Positions 17,603-27,188 of a DNA stretch of 64,000 nucleotides are shown piece by piece. Each line of letters begins with the position of its first letter. The stretch's first letter is position 1. The DNA lies in IMG/VR virus record IMGVR_UViG_2903352716_000007, positions 19,591 through 83,590 of that record; one strand, written 5' to 3'. The notes beneath the pieces were generated by a model. The model was not told the DNA's origin, made no database searches, and saw only the letters and a program-made list of their open reading frames with translations. This DNA comes from a virus (taxonomy: Duplodnaviria > Caudoviricetes). Made by a program: the position numbers and the translations under genes.

Positions 17603-18154
17603 ATGACGCCAGTCGAACTACTGGAAAGCGTCAAGGGGCGCTTTCAGCCGCTTTTAGCGGATGACGAAACATTGCTTCAAACCCTGCTACGTCAGGCGCT
17701 GACCACTTACCAGGATAAGGCTGGCGTGATTAAGCCTGTGCGCATCAAAAAAGAGGATGGTGTCAGCCTGAAGCCACCAGAAGACTACCTGGCGTTAATC
17801 CACGTCACAGATAGTCGTGGGTGTCTGGTGTATTCCGATCCCTTCCCGGACTCCATTGACCTTGATTTGAATGGGGATGAGCGCTACCCCTTCACAATGC
17901 TCTACCTGGTCAATCTGCGAGATCGCAATTACAAAGAATGGAATATACCGGCTGACATTATCGGGATGCTGGAAGACTACCTGGAGGCGCTTATCGCAAT
18001 AAAGAACACAGAGAGACTTCGTATTGTCGCCATTGCCGGGAAGCTGGACACAAGCGGATACCCGGATGAAATCACCCTGCAGCAGCGCAAGCAAGAGCTG
18101 GAAGCGCAAATGTCAGCTAACAGGGCCATTATTCCTGGGGCGACCGTTCTGTAA
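17603..18154 (+). CDS. pmgC: Head-tail/neck morphogenesis protein (PmgC equivalent)
   Basis: Synteny (pmgC-tub-pmgB-sit); symbol by position. Confidence 0.55.
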   Translation: MTPVELLESVKGRFQPLLADDETLLQTLLRQALTTYQDKAGVIKPVRIKKEDGVSLKPPEDYLALIHVTDSRGCLVYSDPFPDSIDLDLNGDERYPFTMLYLVNLRDRNYKEWNIPADIIGMLEDYLEALIAIKNTERLRIVAIAGKLDTSGYPDEITLQQRKQELEAQMSANRAIIPGATVL

Positions 18155-18203
18155 CGCGTGGGAAAGTGCTGTATAGCTTGCAGCACTCCACCAGCATATT
18201 GAG

Positions 18204-18911
18204 GTGAATATGGGATTCTTTGATGGGCTGGCGAGTAACATCACCGGCGGGGCCAGCGCAAAATCCATTGGCAGTAATTTAATCTCTAACATCCTTGATC
18301 GCGCCACATCCATTTCGAGTGGTAGGCCTGTGTCATTCGGTGGCCTACCCGCTGAGTTATCGAATGCGAAGTCTATTTTACAGGCCGCAATGCGTATTCG
18401 TTACGCGCAGGGCTGGCAGTGGACCATTGAGGCCGATGGTATGCCCGGACTCGACATGTACGCTAAAGACGTTACCTATGGGTTCGGCAACATAGAAACG
18501 GAGTCCAAACTTATCGGAGGGATTGAGTTCAATAAACCGACTCACCGGACGGCTGGAAACCTTACGATGACCGTGCGTGATAACGAACGGGGTGATTTGT
18601 ACCGGTGGTTTGATCAGCGCCGAGCGAGGGTTATTAATAATGACGGGACTATTAACCTCCCCCACGCCTATCTGATGAACATTCGAATTTACCGGGTAAC
18701 GCAGGAAGGCCAGCGCAATTTAGAGGAAGAAGTCTCGGTGATTCCAACGACGCTTGGAGAGATTACCCGTTCGCGTGACCAGGTAACTGAGTTCACGTCC
18801 TACCCTTTGTCGTTTGTTAAATACTCGTCGATTAACCGGGGGCTGGGAGGCCTTGCAGAGAGCGCCATTTCAGGGCTGACAGGCAAAGTTAGTAGCGCCA
18901 TTCAATTCTAA
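18204..18911 (+). CDS. tub: Tube-related protein (P1 Tub equivalent)
   Basis: Tube-like segment YAKDVTYGFGNIETES...GNLTMTVRDNE; synteny. Confidence 0.6.
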   Translation: MNMGFFDGLASNITGGASAKSIGSNLISNILDRATSISSGRPVSFGGLPAELSNAKSILQAAMRIRYAQGWQWTIEADGMPGLDMYAKDVTYGFGNIETESKLIGGIEFNKPTHRTAGNLTMTVRDNERGDLYRWFDQRRARVINNDGTINLPHAYLMNIRIYRVTQEGQRNLEEEVSVIPTTLGEITRSRDQVTEFTSYPLSFVKYSSINRGLGGLAESAISGLTGKVSSAIQF

Positions 18912-18912
18912 A

Positions 18913-19224
18913 TGTCACACAATCATATAGTGTGATTGTCATTTGATAATGCTGAATGATAGTCACACTGTCATAAGTTATGACTGAAACAAAAGATGAC
19001 GTAGTGACCGTCGTATTATCGTAAGGAGTGTTTGTCACTCTATCATTCTTTCACATCATCACATCATCACATCATCACATCATCATTCTGTCATATCCTC
19101 ATATCCTCATATCCTCATTCAGCGTTAATGCCGGTCTTTTGCAGTGCCACATTGTATTAAAGTAATATTGTCATTTTGTAATATCTTCACATCGTCATAC
19201 ATTCATATCATATGAAAGTCACAT
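18913..19224. repeat. Phased array of 39 consecutive 8-bp units, consensus NNTCAYAW, with inverted copies
   Basis: Includes (TCACATCA)x4 at 19051-19082 and (TCATATCC)x3 at 19091-19114; TCA keeps the same 8-bp register over 312 bp of non-coding DNA. Confidence 0.85.
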
Positions 19225-19248
19225 CAGTAATGTGTGGTGCCACGAGAT

Positions 19249-19269
19249 AAAACACAGACTGACTATCCT
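19249..19269 (+). promoter_or_regulatory. Late promoter
   Basis: AAAACACAGAC-tgac-TATCCT. Confidence 0.75.
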
Positions 19270-19300
19270 ACCCGGCATCACTCAATTGCTGGGGCTTAAA

Positions 19301-20119
19301 ATGAATATTCCCGCTTTCCCATTACCATCCCGACCAAAAAAAGAGATCAGTTTTCGAATGCCCACTGTGGCGGATTCCATGGAATACAGCGACAGCCAGG
19401 AGGAGCAGGAAGAAGTCACTACCACTGAATACCTGAATGCCATGCAGCCTGGCGAAGTTAATGACTCTGCCCTATGGACGGCGCAGGACCGTCGGACCGC
19501 GTTATGGTGGATTTACATCAATTCCCGCACGGACACCGTGACCACATTCCCTTATGAGTGCAAGCACTGCGGGGAAACTCATTTCTATGATTGCGACCTG
19601 AGAGCGCTGTCTGAAACTGCAGAGTTGCTGACGGAAGAACCAGTTCGCCGCGTCACGGTGCCGGTTAAAGGCGTTCCTACAGAGTGGACGCTAAAGCCGC
19701 TGGATGGTCGGGGTATTTGTATGCTCGAAAAACTCCGATTCATGCTGCCTGACGAAGCCGACCCTGAATACAACAACGCTGTACGGCGAATGCGCCTGGC
19801 TGAAATAGCCCTGCATACGGCGCTTGACGATGACCCTGAAGACTTTGAAGCCGCTGCAAACCGTCGCTTCGACCTGATTCAAAGCATGACCACTGATGCG
19901 GAATTTGTGCCGCTGGTGGCCCATGTTCACTTAATGCAGCGCGACTTACGGCATGGACTGGAAGTGAGCATTGATCGCGGCGCTGTCAGCCTGGTTTTAC
20001 CTCCGCACCACTGTGAAGCTGAGGGTAAGGAGGGTATGGCAACACGGTTGCTCGTTCCCTTTCGGCCTGGCGCATTCATTCCAAACTTTAAATCTGAGTG
20101 GCTGGCTAACAATTATTAA
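19301..20119 (+). CDS. pmgB: Tail assembly/baseplate hub protein (PmgB equivalent)
   Basis: Start ATG 19301 lies downstream of the late promoter; CxxC motif; directly before the tape measure. Confidence 0.65.
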   Translation: MNIPAFPLPSRPKKEISFRMPTVADSMEYSDSQEEQEEVTTTEYLNAMQPGEVNDSALWTAQDRRTALWWIYINSRTDTVTTFPYECKHCGETHFYDCDLRALSETAELLTEEPVRRVTVPVKGVPTEWTLKPLDGRGICMLEKLRFMLPDEADPEYNNAVRRMRLAEIALHTALDDDPEDFEAAANRRFDLIQSMTTDAEFVPLVAHVHLMQRDLRHGLEVSIDRGAVSLVLPPHHCEAEGKEGMATRLLVPFRPGAFIPNFKSEWLANNY

Positions 20120-20230
20120 CAACCTCACGTTATACGGCTATCAGCCAGTGAGCGACGTCGAACGGTTGCCGGAGTGGAGAGCGCTGGAAATGAATAAAGC
20201 GCTACAGGATAAGTACAAAATTAAGAGTTC

Positions 20231-23200
20231 TTGACGATGGTGAAACAGGATCGGTTGAGCATCATTGATGCCATAGAAAAAGCCAGCGAAGCGGAATTGG
20301 GCGAGTTAGCGCGGATCTCCCAGGCGTTACAAAATATCGCCCCGGCGCATACAGGCGGAGTACCAGCGAACGACAGAGGCTCATCTGAGCAAAGCGGTCC
20401 GACACTGGTAGTCAGCCGTCGGTTGAAGCAGAGAACCAATTCACACGGCACCCAACGCAAACAGTCGCATGAGGACGAAAACGACAATTCACAAAGTCCA
20501 AAAGGGGAAAATAAAGACCATAAAAGGACTTATAGAAAGGACAATTTAAGCAAAGACTCGCGCAAACCCGAAAATGTACCTACCGAAAGGACTAAACAGG
20601 AACAAAAGGAACCGAGAAAGCGAAAATATCAGGCCTCCGGTAACAGAACCTATGCTGATGTAATGGCGGCGAATGGTCTGCCGCTGACGCGGGAGCAGGG
20701 GCCAAAGCCATCCCGGAAACAGCGACAAGTTCACGCTCGAGACACCGAAGCCAGCAATGACAGTAGTAACTCAACAAAACGCGATTCGTCCGGGCGTTTT
20801 GTGTCTCGTGATAAAGCGGAAGAGACAAGCCGGGTTCGTCAGCAAAAGCTGGGGCAAAAAGAACAAGAGAAACTGCAGGTTGGTTTTTTCAGCCGCCTGA
20901 GCAACATGCTCAAAGGTAACAGCGACAAAGAAGCCAATTCGAACGCCGACGGCGCGGAGCTGGTGGGCGGTGCTGCCGTAGGTGGTCCGGTGTGGATGCT
21001 GGGGCGGGGAATGTTCGATCTCGGCAAGAGTGTGAGTGATAACGTTGTTTCGCTGCAGAAATGGGCAAATGACAAGAAAGAGGGCAAAGAGCTGGGCGAG
21101 CCTTCGCCAGCAAAAAAATATCCTGATGTAGTAACACAGCCACTTCCTCCGCCGGTGATGGGCAAGAAGTCATCGGCTGAAACCTTCACGCGTGGAAACG
21201 TGGAAAAGGGCATCCAGGCCACCAAAGAACAAACCCAAACCATCGCCGCCAATGATGAGCGAATCATTGAAGGGCTGGACGAGATCCGGGAAGAAATTAA
21301 ACGGAGTGGCAAGGGGGCGAACGGTGGCGGTTTAGGGGGCTGGTTCGGCGATCGCTTTGGTCGAAAGGGAAGGCGAGGGCGAGCTGGCCATATTGGGCGT
21401 GGAGACATATCACTGCCTGATAAAGCGGGGAAGAGGGTGCGCAAGCCGACCGGGAAGGCGGGCAAGCTGGGCAAACTCAAGGCGGTTATGTCCTCCGCTA
21501 ACGTGCTTAAAGGCGCTGGTGGAGTTGTTGCCAGTGGTGCGCTTGCTGCCACCGGCGCGAAAGTGGCATCCGACGCGGTTGCTAAACCCGCTGCCGAAAA
21601 AATTGCAAATAAAGCCGTTGAAGCTGCCGCCAAACCTGCAGCGGTCAAGACTGCAACACCAATAGCGGAGGAAGCAGGGGAGGCCATAGCGAAGAAAGGC
21701 GCGCTAAAAGCGGGTGGCAAACTTGGGGCAAAAGCCGCATTGAAGACGATCCCCATTCTCGGTACTGCGCTTGGTATTGGCTGGGATGCGTATGACGGTG
21801 TAAATGACGAAGAAGGCCAGAGAGCCGCGTTTAACGTTGCCGAAGGCAAAGAAGTCAACGCCCGACAAAAAACAGCCTTCACCGCTGCGAATGTGCTCAA
21901 TATGGGAGGGCTGGTATCTGGTGGAGCCGGATTACTGGCTTCCGGCGCGCGAATGATTGGTATGGATAAGGTTGCTGATTCGTTGACCTTTGACACCGAG
22001 ACGATTGCTAAAGGCCTGGATTCAGGCATGGCGACTGTTGGTGATGCCATATCAAAGGTTACGTCATCCTATGAAGATAAAGGCAATGAGATAACCAAAG
22101 CCGTATCTGATGGTACAGATAAAACCGTTACCGCCATCAATAAGCTTGGCTCACAAATGCAGGGCGGTGAATGGGGGCAAGATAACGTTGGTGCCGCCGG
22201 TCAATCTGTATCGGATTACGCGTCCGTTCAGGCCAATGACATTTCGGCGGATCTGAACATTGGCGGGAAAAATGCAAAAGTACGCTCATTCCGTAACAAC
22301 AACTTTGGGAACCTGAATTACGTCGGGCAGGAAGGCGCGAGACTCGAAGATCCGAACGGGAAAGGCCTGGCAAGGTTCGCGAAGTTTAATACGCCAGAAG
22401 AGGGCTTTAGGGCGCTGGCGAACCAACTCACGCTGTATTCAAACGGGAAGTCAAAAGCTACTGGTGGTAAGAAACTCAATACCGTTGAGGACATTATCAA
22501 GATCTACGCACCAGAGAGCGAAAACAACACGAAGAACTATATCAGTTCGCTTTCCAAAAAAATGGGCGTGGAGTCCGGGCAGCAACTGGATATGACCAAT
22601 CCCGAGGTTATGACCCAGTTAATGCGCGGCATCGCCACCATTGAAGGCGGGAACCCACAGGTTACGGATCAGTTCATTAAGGACTCTATCGGTACACACC
22701 AGGACGGAAAATGGGTTGGCGGGAAATTTAGCAACGAATCCCTGAAAGTCGTCAATGAACAACGGGCCAGCAAAGGCCTGGCACCAATTGCAGGTAATTC
22801 CCTCTACAGCACCGGCAGTAAGGCGATCACCACAGCGTCACCGAATGCGATTACCCCATCACCGGCAACTGGCGCCAGCGCAGCAGCAGCTATTGCCAGT
22901 GTACCGGCGAAGGTGGATAAGGCCGTTCAGGAGCAGTTAAACGAACACAATGTTAGCGGCCTGACAAAAAATCGTCCGGATGCAGGGATCACTCAACCAA
23001 AAGCAGCCACTCAATCTGCCATTAAAGCCAGTGAAGAACGGGAAAAAGCGGCATCCAGTAAAGATGGCGTATGGGATAAAACGAAATCAGCTATGGCTAC
23101 GGGCGCCAGCGCGGTAATGGCGGTACCTGGCAAGTTAGATGATGCGCTGCAGGAGAAAATGACAGAGTTCAGCGTCCGAGGCATGAAAAAAAATCGCCCG

Positions 23201-23992
23201 TCTGCCGGGTTAACTCTGCCTAACGGAGCTGCGTTGCCATCGTCACTTGAAATGGCAGCATTACCCGCCTCAGAAATCGCCCGTCGCAGCCGTGAGGCCA
23301 GCGCCAGGGCAACTACGCAAACAGCAAGCACTACGACAACAGTATCCGGGCGTTCGCCAGCCAATGCGTCAGGCGTTACGAAAGTCAGCGCCATCGATGC
23401 AGCCGTCCCCGAAGAAAGCATGTTTGAAAAAGCAATGGGCGGGGCCGTTGACGGACTGAAAACGGTCGGCGCGTCCATCCTCCCGGCAGTCAGCGACACG
23501 CTAAACCAGACAATCAGTGGTTTCAGTGGTAGCCAGGTGGTAGGGGACGCGTTGAACGCAGCAGGAATGTCGGACCCTACCATTCAGCGCGCTATCGCGC
23601 CCATTACCGATAAGGTTGGAACCTGGCTTGATGGCGGGGTTGATTCGTTTAAAGAGGCCTCGACGTCGCTGTTAACTAAGGATCAGACCGCATTACCGAC
23701 ATCCATTACGTCACAGTCGTCTGGCCTGTCCATTCCGAAGTCTATGCCTACCGTTCAGGATCTGGCGGGAAGTGGTATCCGACCATCGTTAAGCACTGAC
23801 ACTGCAAATCATGATGTGGATATCCTGAAAGAGTTAAGAGGCATGGGGGCCACGTTAGAACAGCTTTTGAGTGTATCAAAACAGAAAGGGGATGCACCGG
23901 AAAAAGTTGTTCATACCGCACAACCAGCACCGCGCAAGGCGGCGTCTTTTTCCATTAAAGATGCGACGCTCGATGACCTATTGAGGGAATAA
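20231..23992 (+). CDS. sit: Tape measure protein with internal peptidoglycan-hydrolase domain (Sit equivalent)
   Basis: 1253 aa Ala/Gly-rich; lysozyme-like segment RSFRNNNFGNL...FNTPEEGFRAL...YAPESENNT. Confidence 0.85.
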   Translation: MTMVKQDRLSIIDAIEKASEAELGELARISQALQNIAPAHTGGVPANDRGSSEQSGPTLVVSRRLKQRTNSHGTQRKQSHEDENDNSQSPKGENKDHKRTYRKDNLSKDSRKPENVPTERTKQEQKEPRKRKYQASGNRTYADVMAANGLPLTREQGPKPSRKQRQVHARDTEASNDSSNSTKRDSSGRFVSRDKAEETSRVRQQKLGQKEQEKLQVGFFSRLSNMLKGNSDKEANSNADGAELVGGAAVGGPVWMLGRGMFDLGKSVSDNVVSLQKWANDKKEGKELGEPSPAKKYPDVVTQPLPPPVMGKKSSAETFTRGNVEKGIQATKEQTQTIAANDERIIEGLDEIREEIKRSGKGANGGGLGGWFGDRFGRKGRRGRAGHIGRGDISLPDKAGKRVRKPTGKAGKLGKLKAVMSSANVLKGAGGVVASGALAATGAKVASDAVAKPAAEKIANKAVEAAAKPAAVKTATPIAEEAGEAIAKKGALKAGGKLGAKAALKTIPILGTALGIGWDAYDGVNDEEGQRAAFNVAEGKEVNARQKTAFTAANVLNMGGLVSGGAGLLASGARMIGMDKVADSLTFDTETIAKGLDSGMATVGDAISKVTSSYEDKGNEITKAVSDGTDKTVTAINKLGSQMQGGEWGQDNVGAAGQSVSDYASVQANDISADLNIGGKNAKVRSFRNNNFGNLNYVGQEGARLEDPNGKGLARFAKFNTPEEGFRALANQLTLYSNGKSKATGGKKLNTVEDIIKIYAPESENNTKNYISSLSKKMGVESGQQLDMTNPEVMTQLMRGIATIEGGNPQVTDQFIKDSIGTHQDGKWVGGKFSNESLKVVNEQRASKGLAPIAGNSLYSTGSKAITTASPNAITPSPATGASAAAAIASVPAKVDKAVQEQLNEHNVSGLTKNRPDAGITQPKAATQSAIKASEEREKAASSKDGVWDKTKSAMATGASAVMAVPGKLDDALQEKMTEFSVRGMKKNRPSAGLTLPNGAALPSSLEMAALPASEIARRSREASARATTQTASTTTTVSGRSPANASGVTKVSAIDAAVPEESMFEKAMGGAVDGLKTVGASILPAVSDTLNQTISGFSGSQVVGDALNAAGMSDPTIQRAIAPITDKVGTWLDGGVDSFKEASTSLLTKDQTALPTSITSQSSGLSIPKSMPTVQDLAGSGIRPSLSTDTANHDVDILKELRGMGATLEQLLSVSKQKGDAPEKVVHTAQPAPRKAASFSIKDATLDDLLRE

Positions 23993-23996
23993 GCAC

Positions 23997-24380
23997 GTGA
24001 TATACGAGATTGACGGATTACTCAGGGTTGATGCTGGTGGCGTCATCGTTGTTGAGGGGACTGGCAAGGTAAGCCAAATCCGGCTGGAGGAATGGCTGAG
24101 AACACCAATAGGCAGCGTTTACGGCTTGCCATCATGGGGTAATCCATTAGCGAAATTCAAACATGAACCCATTGGATCGGAGAAAAGCTATCTGGTGGAG
24201 GTCGCTATTGAAAACGAGCTGATTAAAAAACTCCGCATGGATTTGCCTTCCGTCCGTCTCCTGCAGGTGCGGTGTGAGTCGGTATCTGAAGATACGTTGG
24301 CAATTACCTTTGTGACGCCAGACGGTGAATTTACTACCCCTATGCCTATGCAAAAAGAATCAAACGGGAGAACATCTTGA
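23997..24380 (+). CDS. pmgA: Baseplate wedge protein, gp25-like (PmgA equivalent)
   Basis: EWLRTPIGSVYGLPSWG motif; synteny. Confidence 0.75.
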   Translation: MIYEIDGLLRVDAGGVIVVEGTGKVSQIRLEEWLRTPIGSVYGLPSWGNPLAKFKHEPIGSEKSYLVEVAIENELIKKLRMDLPSVRLLQVRCESVSEDTLAITFVTPDGEFTTPMPMQKESNGRTS

Positions 24381-25816
24381 GCATTCAGGAATTACTTGAA
24401 AAGTTTAACGGCTTACTTCAGGACAAGCCGTGGTGGGCGCGCTTCGCGAACAGTCAGTTTATCCAAATGATGAGCGTGTTTGGCGCTCAGGTTATCTATA
24501 TCGCTCAATCCCACGCCAGGCGAGCGCTGGGGGAGGGCTTTATCTCTACGGCAACGAAACGTTCAAGTATTCTGGCTGCAGCCGAAGACCGTGGATACGT
24601 CGGGCCGCTAATCACCCCGTCGTCAGGTGCTATCAGCATCAGGAACAAGACGAAAAAAGAAATTCAGTTACCCATCTATGCCGAATTGTTGTCTTCGCTG
24701 GAGTTGCCCTATGTTCTTTCGGATGCCGTGACGATCCCTGCCGGGGGAACCGTTGAAGTCAAAAACGTCCTGCAGATGGAAATGGTCAGCATCAGTGCTG
24801 ACATTGAAAAAGAAAGCGCCTTTTTCACCTTACTTTTACCTAAAGATATCACCGCAGAAACGGCCTCTATCAACGTGTTTGTGCTTGCTGGTGGGTTGCG
24901 CCGGAAGTGGAAATATAACCCTATGTTCAGGCTGTCACGTGCGACCAGCGAGCATTACGTTCTGGTGTACCGACCATCTGAACAATTAGGCGTCCGTTTT
25001 GGTAATGGTTCTACCGGCGCAATGCCACCGGCGGGAAGCCGTGTTGAAATTGAAGCATGGTGTAGCCAGGGCGAAACAACGTTGGCGCAGGGGCAAAAAC
25101 TCACCCCCGCAGGTAATATTTCGTCAATGGCAGAAATGCTGGAAGTGGTCACGACGACCCCCATTACCGGCGGTAGTGGGTTTGAATCGACCGAAGATAC
25201 GCGCTATCGCGCTCAGTATTACGTACCGTTTGATGAGCAGGTTGTATGGGGTGGTGATTATCGCTATTTCATTCATCGCCATGTTCCGGGCATGAGCTGG
25301 CTTGCTGTATGGGGAGAACAGCAACAAGAAGCCGCAACCGGCGTCAAAGACCTTCGCAATATCAATACCATTTTCTTCAGTGGACATAAGCCGGGTGTTT
25401 CTCAGGAGCAGTTAGCCGATTCCATTCATATGGCACTGAAAAGCGTACCCAATGCCCTGAATAAAAACTTCCGCTGGATGGAGGTAAATCAGAAACCGTT
25501 CACCATTACTTTGACCGGTCGCGCCAATAAAAACGTGGTCATTAACGACGCCAAAAAAGCCATCACCGATGAACTGGAGTCTCGTTTCGGCTACGACTCC
25601 AAAAGCTTTGGTGACGAGCTGGAAAACGGCGACGTGCAGTTTGTTCAGGTGAAAGTGAAGGATATGTGGACGTGCGTTGATGAAATGGGGTTGCTAAGTA
25701 CCTATGACATAACGGTTGAGGGTATGCAGGAGTCAGAAAATCTCAACGATTTTATCTATCTCGATACCAAAAACTCTACGTTTGATATCCGCCAGTCAGG
25801 GGAGGTGATCCGGTGA
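24377..25816 (+). CDS. bplA: Baseplate J-like protein (BplA equivalent)
   Basis: FISTATKRSSILAAAEDRGY; ITGGSGFESTEDTRYRA. Confidence 0.8.
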   Translation: MSIQELLEKFNGLLQDKPWWARFANSQFIQMMSVFGAQVIYIAQSHARRALGEGFISTATKRSSILAAAEDRGYVGPLITPSSGAISIRNKTKKEIQLPIYAELLSSLELPYVLSDAVTIPAGGTVEVKNVLQMEMVSISADIEKESAFFTLLLPKDITAETASINVFVLAGGLRRKWKYNPMFRLSRATSEHYVLVYRPSEQLGVRFGNGSTGAMPPAGSRVEIEAWCSQGETTLAQGQKLTPAGNISSMAEMLEVVTTTPITGGSGFESTEDTRYRAQYYVPFDEQVVWGGDYRYFIHRHVPGMSWLAVWGEQQQEAATGVKDLRNINTIFFSGHKPGVSQEQLADSIHMALKSVPNALNKNFRWMEVNQKPFTITLTGRANKNVVINDAKKAITDELESRFGYDSKSFGDELENGDVQFVQVKVKDMWTCVDEMGLLSTYDITVEGMQESENLNDFIYLDTKNSTFDIRQSGEVIR

Positions 25817-26667
25817 TTAAAGACTGGTTAAAAAAACAGTTAATTCCCGAAAAACAGCGCCAGGGCTTATGGCCTGACTTCGCTGATGTGACACAGGCGG
25901 TCTATGAGGAACAGGTAGCCCCTCTGCTTTCCCGACTCAGCGATCGTAAGTCGTTTTTTTCCATGCACCCGGAGGACATGGATACCCGTATCAGTGAGTA
26001 CGGGCGATTTTTCGTTATTGGAGAAACAGACAAAGCGAGTAGGCCAATACTGCTGGCCCAGCGTCTTGATGAAGTCCATTTTAAGGGAACCGACCGGCCT
26101 ATTGTCTCTACGTTCTGGCGTGAGTTTGGCAACCTGCCGGTCAACTGGGAGCCGTTATACGCACCGGTAGACCAGGAGCGTTTCCCGTATGGCACGTTTT
26201 TTACTACAGAAAGCGGCGTTAAGATCGCGCAGGGGAGTTATGGGGATTTCTTTCTCACCTCGCGCGGCACCATTAATGTTGACCTGAACAAGCTGTATGA
26301 AATTTACGGCTATGAGGAACAGGACAAGTTAATTAAACGGCTGATAAAAGACGTAGACCGAATTATTGCCCCGTTACTGCCTCTCGAAACAGTATTTGAT
26401 GGCATTTCTCTCCGTCTGGATTTCTGGCTTGAGGAAGCAGAAGAAACCATAAAGCTTGCCCATTCCTCGGTAGGTTGTAGCCGTGCTTTTCTGTTTCAGC
26501 CTGTCCAGGAGTTAGCGAACCTGCAACAAACACAGGTTAGTTATGATGCTGGCGAAGTGACACCCCAAACGTGTTCCCTGGAACCTATCTACCTAACCCT
26601 TGACACTATACCGGTTGACGCGTGGCCTCTGGATTTACCTATCCTCGTGCGGGGGGAGGGGGGTTAG
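25813..26667 (+). CDS. Baseplate wedge protein (P1 gp16 equivalent)
   Basis: 284 aa coupled to bplA; synteny. Confidence 0.7.
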   Translation: MIKDWLKKQLIPEKQRQGLWPDFADVTQAVYEEQVAPLLSRLSDRKSFFSMHPEDMDTRISEYGRFFVIGETDKASRPILLAQRLDEVHFKGTDRPIVSTFWREFGNLPVNWEPLYAPVDQERFPYGTFFTTESGVKIAQGSYGDFFLTSRGTINVDLNKLYEIYGYEEQDKLIKRLIKDVDRIIAPLLPLETVFDGISLRLDFWLEEAEETIKLAHSSVGCSRAFLFQPVQELANLQQTQVSYDAGEVTPQTCSLEPIYLTLDTIPVDAWPLDLPILVRGEGG

Positions 26668-26677
26668 CCGCCGACAC

Positions 26678-26698
26678 AAAGTACAGACTGATTATTAT
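26678..26698 (+). promoter_or_regulatory. Late promoter (tail-fibre operon)
   Basis: AAAGTACAGAC-tgat-TATTAT. Confidence 0.8.
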
Positions 26699-26729
26699 CC
26701 CGTCACAGTTCTAGTGACGGGGTTTTCAT

Positions 26730-27188
26730 ATGTCAGACAACATCAATTTATCTTCGCCGAATGGGAGTATGTATAAGGCAAAACTGCTGGATTACTACTA
26801 TACCCGTCGCGCGGAATCCGCGATCGGCATTGGTAGCCGTTTTACGCTAATGAAAGCTTACTGGGGCCGCTCTGACCTGGTAACGAAAAATCCTGATGGC
26901 GGTTGGAATATTGCCGAAATTCCAAATGATTTCGCCAATGAACAGCTCATCGGAAAGTTTGCCGAAAGTGAATTGATATGCACGTTGCAAGGTGCAGTCA
27001 TCACGGTAAGCATTGTCCTTCCGGAGTCTGCACTGCCGGAAAATGATGTGTTCGATTTTAATACTCTTGCCCTAATAGACGATCAGGGCGCTGTATTTGC
27101 CGTGCTCTGCGCCCAGCAAGACAGTCTTTATAAGGGCAAAACGTACAATATTTTGCTCACGATTGAGCAGAAAGGAAACTCAAGATGA
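26730..27188 (+). CDS. Tail fibre attachment/assembly protein (P1 R equivalent)
   Basis: 152 aa immediately before the fibre gene. Confidence 0.65.
   Translation: MSDNINLSSPNGSMYKAKLLDYYYTRRAESAIGIGSRFTLMKAYWGRSDLVTKNPDGGWNIAEIPNDFANEQLIGKFAESELICTLQGAVITVSIVLPESALPENDVFDFNTLALIDDQGAVFAVLCAQQDSLYKGKTYNILLTIEQKGNSR

Noticed and set aside
19209-19224. ATGAAAGTCAC resembling the RepA iteron core
   Set aside because: Single partial match that fits the 8-bp lattice; not enough for an incA-type call
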